Shown here piece by piece: positions 11,839 through 25,711 of a stretch of DNA of 64,000 bases (within the stretch, counting starts at the first letter, position 1; each line of letters begins with the position of its first letter). This DNA comes from Eledone cirrhosa. Its lineage: Eukaryota. Under the pieces are notes generated by a model. It worked only from the letters and a program-made list of their open reading frames with translations, ran no database searches and had not been told where the DNA came from. Made by a program: the position numbers and the translations under genes. The DNA lies in contig OZ024740.1 of the NCBI GenBank assembly GCA_964016885.1, positions 289,292,001 to 289,356,000 on the forward strand. Reading direction: 5' to 3'.

Positions 11839-12940
11839 GAAGAAGAAGAGTCTGTAAGAACATCAGTCACTCTACACCGGCAGTTTTCTAAATATAGGAC
11901 AGTGTAGGATTACAATTGTACTTCACCTTCGTCCACAAAGAAGTAAATATGCCCTCCGTCGGTTTCATCGAAGAATATTCTAGATGTTTGACCAACTGAA
12001 CTCTCTACTCGGCGTATGAATGTCTAGGTGGCTGAGTATTCCGCATACTCTTGTATCTTTAACGTAATCTCCAGAGCCAGTGTGATATTGTTACAGTCGA
12101 AGCTGGCCTTTTGAAATACAGGTACAATTTATCCGTCGGGTTTCCGAACTAATTTCACTTACAACGCTTTAATCTACCCGAGTTTATGAGGAAAGAGACT
12201 CGCACGTATATCTATTTATCATTATAAAGCAAACTTTTAAACCACTCGGCCATGCCTGACCCCACCCTTTTAAAGAACTATAAATCTACATACACACATA
12301 AAGTAACATTGTATCCAATGTTGGTTTAGGTGAATTGTCTGAAAATATGATGGGATAGTCACAACTGGAGTGCACTTGATTATTTGTCTGTTCAACCAGA
12401 GTTTAATATCGGGCTAAACAACAACTGTTACATGAGGAAAGTATGTGGAAGAAGTATTTAAGTGTGTGTGTGTATATGTGTGTGTATATGTGTGGACAGA
12501 ATGATATTTGAATGAAAGAGCGAGAACGATATATATAAAAAAAAGTGAAAGAGAAATAATATATATATATATACATAGATATTCGTTTTCTCTCTCTCTG
12601 TTTCTCTTTCAGACACACACATGCGCACACACAGAAATTGAGATAGAAATACGGAAATTATGGAACGAATATTAGAGATTGAAGGAGAATGTGAGTTGAG
12701 GATATTGAAAAATGATAAGTGGTGGGAGAAACAAATATACAGAACGCGCGTGTACACACACACACACACACACACACACATCGTTATACATACGTAAATA
12801 TATGGAAAGTGAGAGTGAGAAGGAACAAGAAAGTGAGGAAAACGAGAAACATTTGTAAATAAGAATACAAAAGAAAAAAATGGAACAAATGGAAAATGGA
12901 GATAATAAAATATAAAATATTTTAATTTTGATCTCACATA

Positions 12941-13111
12941 CAAGATGGCGTACAATGCCTTTTCCGAATATTTATGTAACAAAATGATATTTTATATTTT
13001 CTCCAGTTCTGTTTTTGTTGTCGTTATTTCGTTAAACCAATCAGCTCGCGAGAAATCGCTCAGCAGCTATGACGTCACAGTTGCGACCGTTATCCGTCTG
13101 TCGCCATTGTT
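12941..13111. promoter_or_regulatory. Candidate Pol II promoter motif cluster, possibly bidirectional
   Basis: YY1-like CAAGATGGCG (12941) and CGCCATTGTT (13102) in opposite orientations around CCAAT (13037), CTCGCGAG (13045) and CRE TGACGTCA (13070). Locally CpG-rich non-repeat DNA. Confidence 0.4.
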
Positions 13112-13409
13112 CTAACAATACATACAGCAAAAGGATTTTCATACAATCGCTTTTCTTCGATTTCTTTTCCGCAGAAATTCAATGAAGACTTCCGTTATTG
13201 TTCGAACCAGGAAGAATTGGCTCTTTTCATTCAATTTCTCCTTCAGATAGTTTTGAAAATCTTTTCAATCGAAAGCAGAGTACTTTCGGATTTTCGATTT
13301 CATCGAAACAAAATAGGCATTCAGTGTTTTGAAGGGGAAGTCAACCGAGCATTGGTTTTTACTTACTTGACATTTATTTCAAACAAACGTTTCATATCCG
13401 TCATACTTT

Positions 13410-13495
<86 letters not shown>

Positions 13496-13499
<4 letters not shown>

Positions 13500-16400
13500 G
13501 TCTGACGTGTGGAACATCGCCGGTAAGCTTTTTTTGTTAATTTCTCTGCAAAAAACCGAACTAATTGTTTGAAAAAACATAACACTTTGTCGATTAACCC
13601 CCAAGCTGAATTGTCAGCTGGGTGGTAATCCCATTTTTCGCCCCTGTAGGGGCGAAAATTTTCTTTTAAAAATTTGTTTTAAAATATCAGATTTTACAAC
13701 GTAAATAACTTGAGCAACACAAGAACGCTGGAGAACGTTAATAGAGAAAAAAAGAGAGAGAAAGAGGCAGATAATAACGTTATAATTGCTTTTGCTACTA
13801 TGGACGTCGTCATAGATACGACTGTCAACAAAGAGGAAAAAATGTTACCACTCGAAAATTGTACAATTTCTACCGTCGAAGCGGAAAAAATAATACTAAC
13901 TCACATGAAAACACAGAAATTAAACCTATTAACATACATACACATGAAAAAGACATCAACAACTCTACAGATACATCTACACATAAAGTTTCACCTCGAC
14001 AAGGAACTGAGATTTCCAACAACGATAACAACATCAACAGCAACACCACACAAAAAAAGAAAATGTCTTTCGCTGAAACAGTGAACAAAAAACAAGATTT
14101 TATAAATCTTGATATCTCCAACGTAAGAGATATGCTCCAGCAAGGGAGAAAATTTGTAACTTTCGAAGAAAGAGGTGGGTTTAGAATTAACTCACCCCTT
14201 GAAATAAAGGAAGACACAACCCGCAGATCAGTCACTTTTAGGACTGTGTCAAATTCGACAAGAAAGCCGACATTTGTTAATCAAGCAGATATAGAAGATA
14301 CTTTCAAGGAAATTCTAGCAAATGTCGATTTTCTCCAGCGAGGAAAACAGTACGGAAGTGTTTCCGTATGGTTTAAAAGCGAGGCACTCGCCCAAAAAAA
14401 CTTTGTGACACCAATGGTGTCAAAAGCATACACCTTTTTCCCTACATACATGGGGAAAAGGACACAAAAAATAAAAATAAAAAACATACCTCCAAACATT
14501 AACATCTGGTGGATCTTGGCTGGCTTCGTAGAGCGAGAAACAGACATGATACTTTCAATACAAAAATCTATTCGACAAAGGTGGGCGGGCACAGATTTGG
14601 AGATTCTGTTGCAAATGAAACCGGAGAAAATCTCCAAAATACCCGAAAGAGTCGTTATTGATAACAACAACAAAATAAACATTTCGGTAGAAGGACGAAA
14701 ATTTCATTGCTTTCGCTGTGGTAGCACAGCTCACCTAAAAGCCTCTTGTCCACAAACACACAACAACAACATCATAAAAAAAACGCTATTACCAACACCA
14801 ACACCAAAACAACCACCACCACCACAAGTACGACAGACGAAACGAGCAACCACACCAAAACAAACAGACACTCAACCAACAACAACAGAAAAACCAGAGA
14901 CAACACCCCTGAAGAACACATCCCCACTCCATCCCACTCCATCAAACACTACCACAAACACATATACCGAAACACCACCACCACACAGCATACCCTTACC
15001 CCACACACCTGACGATGATTATTCATCGACGGATGAAGCTGCTTCTCCTTCTTTAAGTGAAGAAGAGGGAAAAACGCGGAAATCTAAAAAACAAAAAAAG
15101 AGACACCACAAAAACACCAAAAACTCCAATCACCAACACCAACACAACCACAGACACAAACAACAACACAAACAACACCACAGTCAAACATCCCCCTATC
15201 AGCAAAACCAGCACCAACACCACCCCAAACACAAGCACCCACCATAAAAAGAAAACTCCCGGATGAACAACAAACTAAAACAACACAACAAAAACACAAA
15301 CAAAAATACGCATACATCAACACAAACAACAAGAGTTTGATGGAGGTCATCTCCCAAAACCCCAAGGTGGAGACGGAGGGCAAAACTTTCGTCAAGGCAG
15401 AATCGTCTCCACACCTTAAACTTATAAGGGTTTCTATGGTAAGCTATAAAGACCTAAAAATTAAATTTTCACAGGACGTGGGCAACCCCTACCACAAACC
15501 CATCAACCGCGTCCTGTTAAAATGTTTCCCCACCCCACCCAACAGCCCATCCAGCACCCAAATGGAGATTGAACAACCCGACCTCCAGGAAACGAAAAGT
15601 AAGTGCACCTTTCGTCCTTTTTCTCCAACTTTTCTTCACCAACATGGCTAGTTTACGAGTTGGAACCGTGAATGTGCGTGGCCTAGGGATGCCCTGGAAA
15701 CAGGGCCAACTTTTAAACGACCTTAGGTCACACAGTATGGATGTGATACCCATCACCGAGTCCAGGATCCACAACAAGCAGCAACTAACCCCCATCTTCG
15801 ACGACTTTGAGATCTACGCATCTCTCTGTCAGCCAGGAGGTGGAGGTGGAGTGGCTGTTATGTTTCGGAAGTACCTGGACGTCGGATTACAGCAAGTACA
15901 CTTGGACTCGGAGGGTAGACTGGTAGTCCTAGACGTGAACAGTATCGGAGGTGGAGCCTTCAGACTGGTGGCCGTTTATGCCCCGACCGGGCAATCGCAA
16001 TCACGGCCAGATTCTTTAAGCGTCTAGAGTCTTTTCTGGGAATGTCTCGCTCCTTACTTTTAGTGGGGGACTGGAATGGTATCCTAGATGCACGATGGGA
16101 CTATGTGGGAGCATGTCCCAGTAGAGCGGGGTGCAACAGCCTCAAAACTTTAATCGGCCAATTCCAACTGGCCGAGAGGTATCGACTGGATTTCCCGACT
16201 GCACCACAGTGGACGTGGGTAACCCGCAGTGGGACATCTAGATCGTATTTAGATAGGTTCTTCATTAGAGAAAGCGACAAGGATATGTTAAGCTGTCCAC
16301 GAATGCAGATGGTTGCCTATTTAGATCACAAGTTAGTCGTCTGCTTAGTAAACCGTGATAGAATACATACACAGGGTCCCGGATACTGGAAGCTGAACGT

Positions 16401-19109
16401 GTCGTTGCCGGCACGTAAAGCTTACAGTGAACGGATAAGTAGACTAGTCAAGCAACAGTTAACGGGAGCCATCGTCAACAATAGATGGTGGTACTCTCTC
16501 AAGAAAGCAATTAGAATAGAATCGATATGGAATAGCAGAGAGTTAGCCTTAGAGAAAAACAGAATAGAAAGAGAACTAGTAGCCAAGGTAGAGGAGGCAC
16601 TTAGAAGTGGCAACGCGGCTAGAGTGTTAGCGTCGAGAACGGCACTGGACCAGTTCTTCGATGCGAAACACGAAGGCTGCGTGGTCAGAAGCAAAACACG
16701 TGCTCTAGGAAACGAAGGAGCGAAAGCTGTCAGCTGGGCCCGAGTGGTGGAGGCAAAAAGTGGCAACAAGTCCACGATTCGGTCTTTGAAAGACCAAAAC
16801 GGACGCGTGCTACTTAACCCCAAGCAAATGTGCGCGGCCTTTCAACGGCACTTTGCGCAACTGTTTGAGCAGAACGACGGTGAGCCGAACGGGGCAATGG
16901 ACTTTAGTTCATACCTCGACGGCCTGCCGCGTCTCTCGAAGACGGACGCCGAGTTCTGCGAAAGACCGATCACGGACACTGAGATACGGGACGCTCTGGG
17001 CCGCTGCGAGAAACGCAAGTCACCCGGTATAGATGGTCTACCCTACGAATTTTACATAGGCATGCTGGACTTGTTCTCTGGCGTCCTCGAAGGCGTCTAG
17101 TGCAATTGGCAGCAGAACGTGAGAATTCCCAGTTCTGCAGGCAAGGGCGTAGTAACGCTGATCAGGAAAGACGAGAACAAGGGGGACGAAATTAACAACT
17201 TCAGGCCCATAACTCTGCTCAACACAGAGTTAAAGATTTTGACCAAGGTGCTAGCGACGAGGTTGGCGCTTGTCGTCGAGAACCTGGTAGGGAAAGCGCA
17301 AACGTGTGCAATCCCGACCAGGTCCATACACGACAACCTCCACCTCATGCGATACATCATAGAGTGGGTGGGTAGCAAACCCGGCTTCGGTGGGGGTCTG
17401 ATCAACTTGGATCAGTCTAAGGCATTCGATAGGGTCGACCATCGATACTTGGAAGCGGTTCTCAAGGCGGCCGATTTCGGTCCCGTGTTCAGAGGATGGA
17501 TCGAGGCGATGCACACCAGCATCTGCTCGAGGGTCAAGGTGAACGGCTACCTATCGGAGCCGTTCGCAATCACGCATTCCATTCGAGAGGGATGCCCTCT
17601 CTCCTCCATTCTGTATGTATTGACTCTAGAGCCACTACTGCGGAAATTGGAGCTGTTGCAGGGCATCCCCCTAGAACCGGGACTGCGCAAAGCGGCGTCG
17701 GCTTATGCCGACGACGTTACGGTAATGGTGTCGAGCACCTCGGAAATCGGGGTGATCGGCAACTTACTGAAAGAATACGAAACGCTGACGGGAGCAAAAC
17801 TAAACCCAGACAAGTCTGTCGGTTTGCAACTCGGTACGTGGAGAGGCAAACCGATGACATCCGACAGCGTCGTTGGACGCTGGACGGACAGACTGGTGAA
17901 ATTGCTCGGGGTCTGGTTCGGTCCAGACCTCCAGGTGGAGAAAAACTAGAATGAGGTCACGGCCAAGGTGTTTGCACTCACTCAGAAGTGGGCAGAGTGC
18001 AAACTGTCCTTGAAAGGTCGAGCGGAGGTGGCGAACACTTTCATAGCATCCGTCATCTACTACCGCTTGACTGTCGTGCCTTGTCCCCGCGAACACCTTG
18101 CCTTGTCCCCGCGAACACTCTTCCAGTTTCTGTGGACGAACCAGGCTCCGCTGGTGAGGAGATCCGTCTGCTGTCAGCACCCTTCCAACGGAGGGCTGGG
18201 AATTCCGTGGCTGATGATGCGCAAACATGCGCTGAGGCTGCGGCATCTCCAGGTATTCCTCACCGACCCCCAACCGGTGTGGGCACCGTTTGTGAGACAG
18301 GCTTTCCTACAGCTTGTCTCGCTAACGGAGCTGCAGTCCTGGGTGAAGAAAAGACCGAAAACCATGGGCGCCTGGCACATTGAATGCGCTCAGGCGCTCA
18401 CAGTCCTCTGGCACGCGGGCGCAGCAATCAGTGGAGACTCCACTTCGACATTCTATAGAGGGATTGTACGTTACAAGGGCGACGACGTGCTCGGAGAGAC
18501 TCTGGGCGTCGAAGACGATGAGCACACCAGTCTGTTTGGTAGGACTTTCCGCCTATGGACAACTTCCAGAGGTCCCTGGCCTAGCAGTGCTACCGAGGAG
18601 CTCTACTGGTTCGTGACAAAATCAACAGGCACGGACGCCCCGGCAGGGATCCTTCCAAGAGGACGTGTCCAAGATGCGCGCAGGACATTGAAACAGTCCT
18701 GCACGCAATTGTACACTGCCCGGGCGTAAGCGACCTGTGGAACTATGCAGAACAACTGCTGTCGCGTATGGGACAAATCCAGTTGACTGCCGAGTCCATA
18801 GTAAGGATCAAACCGCCAGACTCTTTCAAAAACGAAAGAGAGGCGGTTTTCCTCTGTACGGTGGCTATGGTGAAAGAAGTTATATGGTGGACGAGGTTGA
18901 GAGGACTGAGGGCAGATGCCTTTCTCTCCGGACAACAACTGATTCTCTTCTTTAAGTATCCCTTTAGAAGGAGAATCAGGGTGGAAAGAGAGGCACTGCA
19001 CCCCAGTAAATTTACTGAAAGGTGGGTGAATGAAGCGAAAATGGCCCGAGTGATTGGGCCTTCTCTGTTTATAAGCCTGTAGGTTGAAGAGGAGAGCAAA
19101 ATGAAGAAA
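13496..19109 (+). mobile_element. Tx1/L1-clade LINE copy 2 (same family as copy 1), longer 5' UTR, most of 3' UTR missing
   Basis: ORF1 13710-15600 with zinc knuckle. ORF2 15644-19082 with EN and RT (YADD). Highly similar to copy 1. Starts directly after (TATC)n and ends against the satellite. Confidence 0.95.
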
Positions 19110-19561
19110 TGTAGTAAATATCAGGCACCGGATGATTAATTGTATAACCCGTATTGTGTCGGACTAATTGTTAAAACTGTGCCATATTAAATGTAGAAAC
19201 AGATAAATACCGGATTAACAGAAAACCCCACAAAGTGTCGCATTAAATATTGTAGCCAAAATGTACCGGATTACGTACAGAAAAAAAGAGTCAGATTAAA
19301 AGTTGAAACTATGTAGAGCCTTTCTTAAATGTAGAAGTGCTGGATTAGACACATGTAGATTGCTGGATTAAATGTATGGAGTGCAAAGTGCCGGATTATA
19401 TGCTGAAACCATTAAGTGCCGGATTAAGTGTAGAAACAGCAGAATGCCAGTTTAAATGGAGAAACGTAAGAGTGTCAGATCAAATATAGAAACGATAGAT
19501 ATCAGATTGAACGTAAAAACCGTAAAGTGCCGTTATAATTGTAGAAACTTATTGTCTAAAG

Positions 19562-19880
19562 CAGGGGTGTGCAACATATTCCATTGGCGGGCTACTTTTG
19601 AACATTGGAACAACTATTAGGGCTATTGATATTTATTAAGCACTATTCCAAAGATTAACCACAACGTCTTTCCATAACATGGAGCTGGGAAATTATAACA
19701 CACACAACCCTATTAGTGAAGCCCTTTAGTATAGGTCAACAAGCAGAAAATTGTATTACGGTTACGAAAACAATTCTAAATAAGCCTACAAGGTAAAAAT
19801 AAAAAACGGTCATCGCAAGCCTCTCTGACTGGTTTGGCGGGCCGGATTGTGGCCCGCGGACCACCTGTTGCACACCCCTG
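19562..19880. mobile_element. hAT-superfamily MITE
   Basis: 15-bp TIR CAGGGGTGTGCAACA / TGTTGCACACCCCTG. Perfect 8-bp TSD GTCTAAAG. Confidence 0.92.
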
Positions 19881-19909
19881 GTCTAAAGTATATATCAAAC
19901 CTAGAGGAT

Positions 19910-20147
19910 CATCAGTTCGGTGCTTATGCCGGTTTTCATGGAGTGAAGAAACTGAAATTACACAACTCCCCCATCGCCGGGTTAAATCCCCAGATATTTC
20001 TGGTACTCATTTTCAGTTGAGTATACTGGAGCAACGTGAAATGAAGTGTTTTGCTAAAAAACACAACATACATCCCAGTTCAGGAACCGAACCCACGATA
20101 TTATGATCGTAAGTTCAACACCCCTACCACAAAGCCACGCGCCTCCA
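19910..20147 (-). mobile_element. SINE family B (tRNA-derived)
   Basis: Core CTGGAGCAACGTGAAATGAAGTG shared with 21962-22226 and 45948-46222. A/B-box head at the right end on the minus strand. Confidence 0.75.
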
Positions 20148-21490
20148 CAGAAACCTATGGTACTGAACGATTTTTCGAAAACGTGTCCTATTAATCGTAG
20201 AAATCGTACAGTTCCAGAATAATTGGATAAAACTAAAGTGCCGGATTAAATACTGCAATCATAAAATGCCGGATTAAGTGTAGAACAGTAGAGTGCCGTA
20301 TTTATATGAGAAACCACAAAGCATGAGACTAAGTAAAGGAACGCAAGAGGGACATATTGAATGGAGCAACCATAAAGTGTCGGATTAAAGAGCAGAAAGG
20401 TGGAGTGCCGGATTAAATGTAGAAACAATGGAGAAATAGAAATCATGCATATTAAATTTAGACATCAAAACGTACCGGATTAACTACAGAAACCGAAAGC
20501 CGAAAAATGCCGGTTTAAAAGAAGAAATAAAATGCTAGATTAAATGTTGAAGCGAAAACGTGCTGGATTAAGTTTAGAAACGATAGTGTGCCGGATTAAA
20601 TCTAGAAACGGTAGAGTATCAATTGCAGAAACATAAGTACCGGATTAAATGTTGAAGCAAAAACATTCCGGATTAAGAGTAGAAACGATTGAGTACCGGA
20701 TTAAATGTGCAAACGATAGAATGCCGGACTAAATGTAGACTCTGTAGCTTGCCGAAGTATATTTGAAACCATAATATGTATTAAATTTTGAAATTATCAT
20801 GTGCCGGATTAAGTGTTGAAATAGCGAGAAACCGAAAAATGTTGAAACATTAAATTGTGAGCTTAATGCGGAAACGTTAGTGCCGGATTAAATATAGAAA
20901 TAATAGAGTGTCAGATGAAATGCTGAAACCGTAAAGTGCCGGATTAATTGGTGAAACCATGAACTACCTGGGTTAAATGTAAAAACGGTAGTGTGCCGGA
21001 TTAAATGTAGTTATCGTAAAGTTCAGAATTTACTGGAGAAACACAGTTTACTGGATTAGCTTCTGAAATTATAAAGTGCCAGATTAAGTTTAGAAACGGT
21101 AGTGCCGGATTAAATGATAACATTGAAAAATCGGATTAACTGATGATATTATAAAGTGCCGGATTACGTTTAGAAGGGGCAGTGTGTCGAATTAAATGTA
21201 GAAATGTTAAAGAGTCGGATTAAATGTAGAAATTGTAAAGTGCCGGATTAAATGTAGAACGTTAGAGAGACGGATTAACTGATGGAATTATAAAGAGACG
21301 TATTAAGTTTAGAAAGGCTAGAATGCCGAATTAAAAGTAGTAACGTTAAAGAATACCGCATCAAATGTTGAAATCATAAAATGGCTGCTTGGTCGTCTTA
21401 TATTCCGAAGGACGAACAACATGTATGTATGTATGTATGTATGTATGTATGTATGTATGTATGTATGTATGTATGTACACACACGCAGAC

Positions 21491-21679
21491 ACGAGGGTCG
21501 GCTGAAAAGTTCATAGGCTGACTATGAAGGAGTGATGCTAGTGCTGTGAAATCTTGCACGCACTAATTTCAACTCTTATTAATATCTGCATTGTTTCTTC
21601 CCCGGGACTATGTTGAAAAATAAATCTCATTTATAGGCTGAAAAGTTCATAAGCTGACCAAGATACTCTCATTAAATGA

Positions 21680-21680
<1 letters not shown>
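21491..21680. mobile_element. Mariner-like MITE, partial
   Basis: Terminus ACGAGGGTCGGCTGAAAAGTTCATAGGC. Related to 28459-28661 and 29008-29172. Confidence 0.65.
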
Positions 21681-21739
<59 letters not shown>

Positions 21740-21763
21740 AAAAGAATGAAACAAAATGTCATA

Positions 21764-21798
<35 letters not shown>

Positions 21799-21961
21799 GT
21801 AATCTGAGTTTTTCGAATATTAATAATATTCGATTCGTTTGCAATTATGCAAACAGCCTCTTTTAAGCCATGTCAGTAGAATGAGCCCCTCATTATTGCT
21901 CTTGTGTTGACATGTAATATATATATATACATATATATATCTAAGGTCTAAAGTCTATCTT

Positions 21962-22225
21962 AATCCCGAAGGCTCATTTGGTCGGTGCTTATCTCGGTTT
22001 CATGACGTGAAGCGACTGCTGAGAGTACAAGACTGCCCGCCTGAACATGACGCCAGTCCATCGCAGGGTTAAATCCCCGGCTATTGCTGGTACTCATTTT
22101 CAGCTGAGTGTACTGGAGCAACGTGAAATGAAGTGTTTTGCTCAAGAACACAACACGCAACCAGGACTCGAACCCGCGACATTATGATCGTTAGTCCAAC
22201 ACCCTTACCACTAGGCCACGTACCT

Positions 22226-22226
<1 letters not shown>
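21962..22226 (-). mobile_element. SINE family B
   Basis: Minus strand TGGCCTAGTGG (A box) and GGTTCGAGTCC (B box), plus the shared core. Confidence 0.85.
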
Positions 22227-22296
<70 letters not shown>

Positions 22297-22512
22297 CTGC
22301 CTCAGTGTGTACGTTTGTGTGTGTGTCTGTTGTGTGTGTGTGTGTTATATATAACCTCTTCAGGCACGTCATTATCTTTAAAAAAAAACACGACTCTACA
22401 TATGACTCATTACTGTAAGTTATTTTAATGAAATGTGACTCATGACAACAAATTAAGTTGAAAACGTTTCCATAATACGTGCTTATACTTATGGACTGCT
22501 TTTTGTTGCTAT

Positions 22513-22852
22513 TGGATTGGCAGTATCTGTAGAGAGTCGGACACCATGTTTGCAGCATAGAGTTACGGCCCTTTATGATCTGAGTTCAAATCCCGCCGAG
22601 GTTAACTTTGCCTTTCTTCCTTACGGCGTCGATAAAATAAAGTACCAGTCACGCACTGGGGTCGATTTAATCGACTTCCCCCCCAAAAAAATTACTGGCC
22701 TTGTGCCTATATAAGAAGCCATTATTTTGCATTATAAGGCGGTAGATTGGCAGTATGGGTAGAGTCGGATGCAATGCCGCCAGTTGAAATCCCGCCGAGG
22801 TTAGCTTTGCCTCCTCTTATCCTTACGAACTTCATGAAATAAAGAACCGGTA
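22513..22852 (+). mobile_element. SINE family A: long-subfamily copy (22513-22722) plus a degenerate partial copy
   Basis: Includes the internal GTCGATTTAATCGAC segment that short copies lack. Confidence 0.85.
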
Positions 22853-23455
22853 ACGACTTATTCAACCCGTACAACAATCGTTGAAATATTTACGTTTCGA
22901 GTTTTCACAACTCATTGTCAAGATCTTGTCTTAAGCAAGCTTTTATGTATTTTTCCATTTGTAATCCAGTTGACTGTACTATCAGCTACAGGACTAAATA
23001 TGTGACTGAGCCGTTCAATTATAATACCAGATTAGTCTTCAGTTTCTTCTGATTACTAATTGCATTTTTTTTGTTTTATTGTAAAATGAACGCTTTCAGT
23101 AACCATATGTCTTCTTCTTCTTCTTCTTCTTCTTCTTCTTCTTCTTCTTCTTCTTCTTCTTCATCTTCATCATCATCATCATCACCATCTTCTTCTTCTT
23201 CTTCTTCTTCTTCTTCTTCTTCTTCTTCTTCTTCTTTGTACAATAACAACAATAAAAACATCACCATCAACAACAACAACAACAACGATAGGTGATAACA
23301 ACAATAACAACAACTCATATGTCAATCTTGAATAAAATGTACTGGGGTTGATACGATTGACTTTTAAGGTGGTGCCCCTGCATGGCCGCTGTCTAAGGAT
23401 TGAATTCAGTAAAAGAATATTAGAACGTACATAAAACAAATTTCAGTGAAGGGTA

Positions 23456-23977
23456 ATAATTGTTTCTACTTTAGGCACAAGGCCAGCAATTACCCAGTGC
23501 ATTACTGGTACTTTATTTTATCGACCCCGTAAGGATGAAAGGCAAAGTTAACCTCGACAGGATTTGAACTCAGATCGTAAAGTGACGGGTAATAATGGTT
23601 TCTTATATAGGCACAAGGCAAGCAATTTTGGGGGAGGGGACAGTCAATTATATCGACCCCAGTGCATTACTGGTACTTTATTTTATCGGCCCCTTAAGGA
23701 TGAAAGGCAAAGTTAACCTCGACGGGATTTGAACTCAGATCGTAAAGTGACGGGTAATAATGGTTTCTTATATAGGCACAAGGTAAGCAATTTTGGGGGA
23801 GGGGACAGTCAATTATATCGACCCCAGTGCATTACTGGTACTTTATTTTATCGACCCCGTAAGGATGAAAGGCAAAGTTAACCTCGGCGGGATTTGAACT
23901 CAGACCATCAAGAGCCGTAACTCTATGCTGCAAAGCATGGCGTCCGAGCCTCTACCGATACTGCCAATCCACCGCCC
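23456..23977 (-). mobile_element. SINE family A tandem trimer
   Basis: One full copy (23754-23977) and two 5'-truncated units ending at the same junction TCGTAAAGTGACGG. Confidence 0.88.
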
Positions 23978-24329
23978 TTAAGGGTGATAATGCACATAAG
24001 CTAATAAAATAGATTAAGATTAATGAAGTACGTGATAATGTACTGAATAACATAACGTATAAGTTATTAATGAATTGATATTTACCCCCTCGCTGGAGAA
24101 AGAAAATAAAACTTTAGCGACATATACATACATCTATCTATTCCCCCTCCCACCCTGACTTCATCCATCTATACATCCACCCACTAATCCATCCACCCAT
24201 CGATCCACCTATTCAACTATCTATCGATCCATCAATCCATCCAGCCATTCATTCATTTATCTATCTATCCATTAAGGCACCCATCCACCCATCCACCAAT
24301 CCTTCCAGCTATCCACCCATACGTACGCG

Positions 24330-24417
<88 letters not shown>

Positions 24418-24538
24418 TATATACATACATGCATACAAACATACGTGCATAGAGACATAGATTCATGCATGTATGCATACATACGTACACACATACATAC
24501 ATACATACATACATACATACATACATACATACATACAT

Positions 24539-25560
24539 AAAAAAGGTTGGCAACCATCTTGCCCAAGTTTATGAGCATGAAAAAAAAATCATTAGGATAG
24601 CCACTGATCTGGAGGAGAGATATGGAATAAAGCCTGATATAAATCTCTCACCCAGAGAAATCGGAAGATCCTATTCAATGTTCAAACAAGATGAAAAAAT
24701 TGACCAATTTACAGAAAAAGTTGTGCATGGATACTTGAAACATAAAACACAGACCATAGAGGGGATAAACCACTCAAAAAGCCTGGCATGGAGTTCCGAC
24801 AAGTTTATGACATCACACCTTGAGGGATATCTCTATGCGATACAGGAACAAGAACTCCCTACCAAATATCTGCTGCACAAAAGGGGAGGGCCATCAGCTG
24901 ACAATAAATGTAGGCTATGTAAAACAAAGATCAAGGATGTAAGCCACATTGTTGCCAGCTGCGAAAGAATGTCATCTCGCTACTACCTCCCCATGAGCCA
25001 CGATGGGATAGCTAGAACCATCTGGAACGCACTTCGGAAAACAAAATTAACAACAAACGAGGAAGAATATATTGAGACAGATGGCACTAAGGAATACTGG
25101 TGGAACCTGAAAATAAAAACTGCCACCAAATTAAAGCACAACCGGCCTGATATTGTTGTTTGGGACCACACATTGAAAACGTGCTCTGTTGTGGAGATCA
25201 GCTGCCCACTTGATGTAAACGTTGTCAGAAAAATACAGGAGAAGGAGGACATCTACGGACCATTGATGAGGAGTTTACAAATCCAGTATCCAAGATACAC
25301 CTTTAGCTTCATACCCATCATTACTGGAGCTACAGGTTATATACCAACCCGCTTGGACCAAAGTATGACTAAACTTGGATTTGCTGACAAAGAGCGCAGC
25401 TCCCTAATTCATAGTCTACAAATGGCTGCGATAGCTGGCACCTTCAAAATTTGCAAAACATTCTTGCGATTCAAGGGAAGGCAATTTCTTTTCTTTTACA
25501 ACCTTGCCACCAGGAAGGTGGCCGGTCAAAAAAATATACTCGAAATTAAGAGAAAGAGAT
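24539..25560 (+). mobile_element. R4/Dong-clade LINE 3' fragment (CCHC knuckle plus restriction-like endonuclease) in (CATA)n
   Basis: ORF 24465..25562 has AIQEQ, CRLC..HIVASC, HDGI and RPDIV..VEISCP..K..Y. Confidence 0.9.
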
Positions 25561-25711
25561 AACATACATACATACATACATGGTGGCTGCCAACTCGTCT
25601 TCGAGTACGGCCACTACTTTATATCCATGTACAACCTTGCCACCAGGAAGGTGGCCGATCAAAATGATATACTCGAAATTAAGAGAAAGAGATAACATAC
25701 ATACATACATA

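Larger units (their letters stand above)
19110..21385. repeat. Degenerate ~28-bp tandem satellite, consensus ~GTGCCGGATTAAATGTAGAAACNNTAAA, interrupted by a MITE and a SINE
   Basis: CCGGATTAA recurs at ~28-bp spacing across 19110-19550 and 20150-21385, roughly 55 units estimated from length. Confidence 0.9.

Noticed and set aside
19110-21385. CRISPR-like look (repeats ending GAAAC)
   Set aside because: The variable part is only ~6 nt, the repeats are degenerate, there are no cas genes and the context is eukaryotic. It is a satellite.
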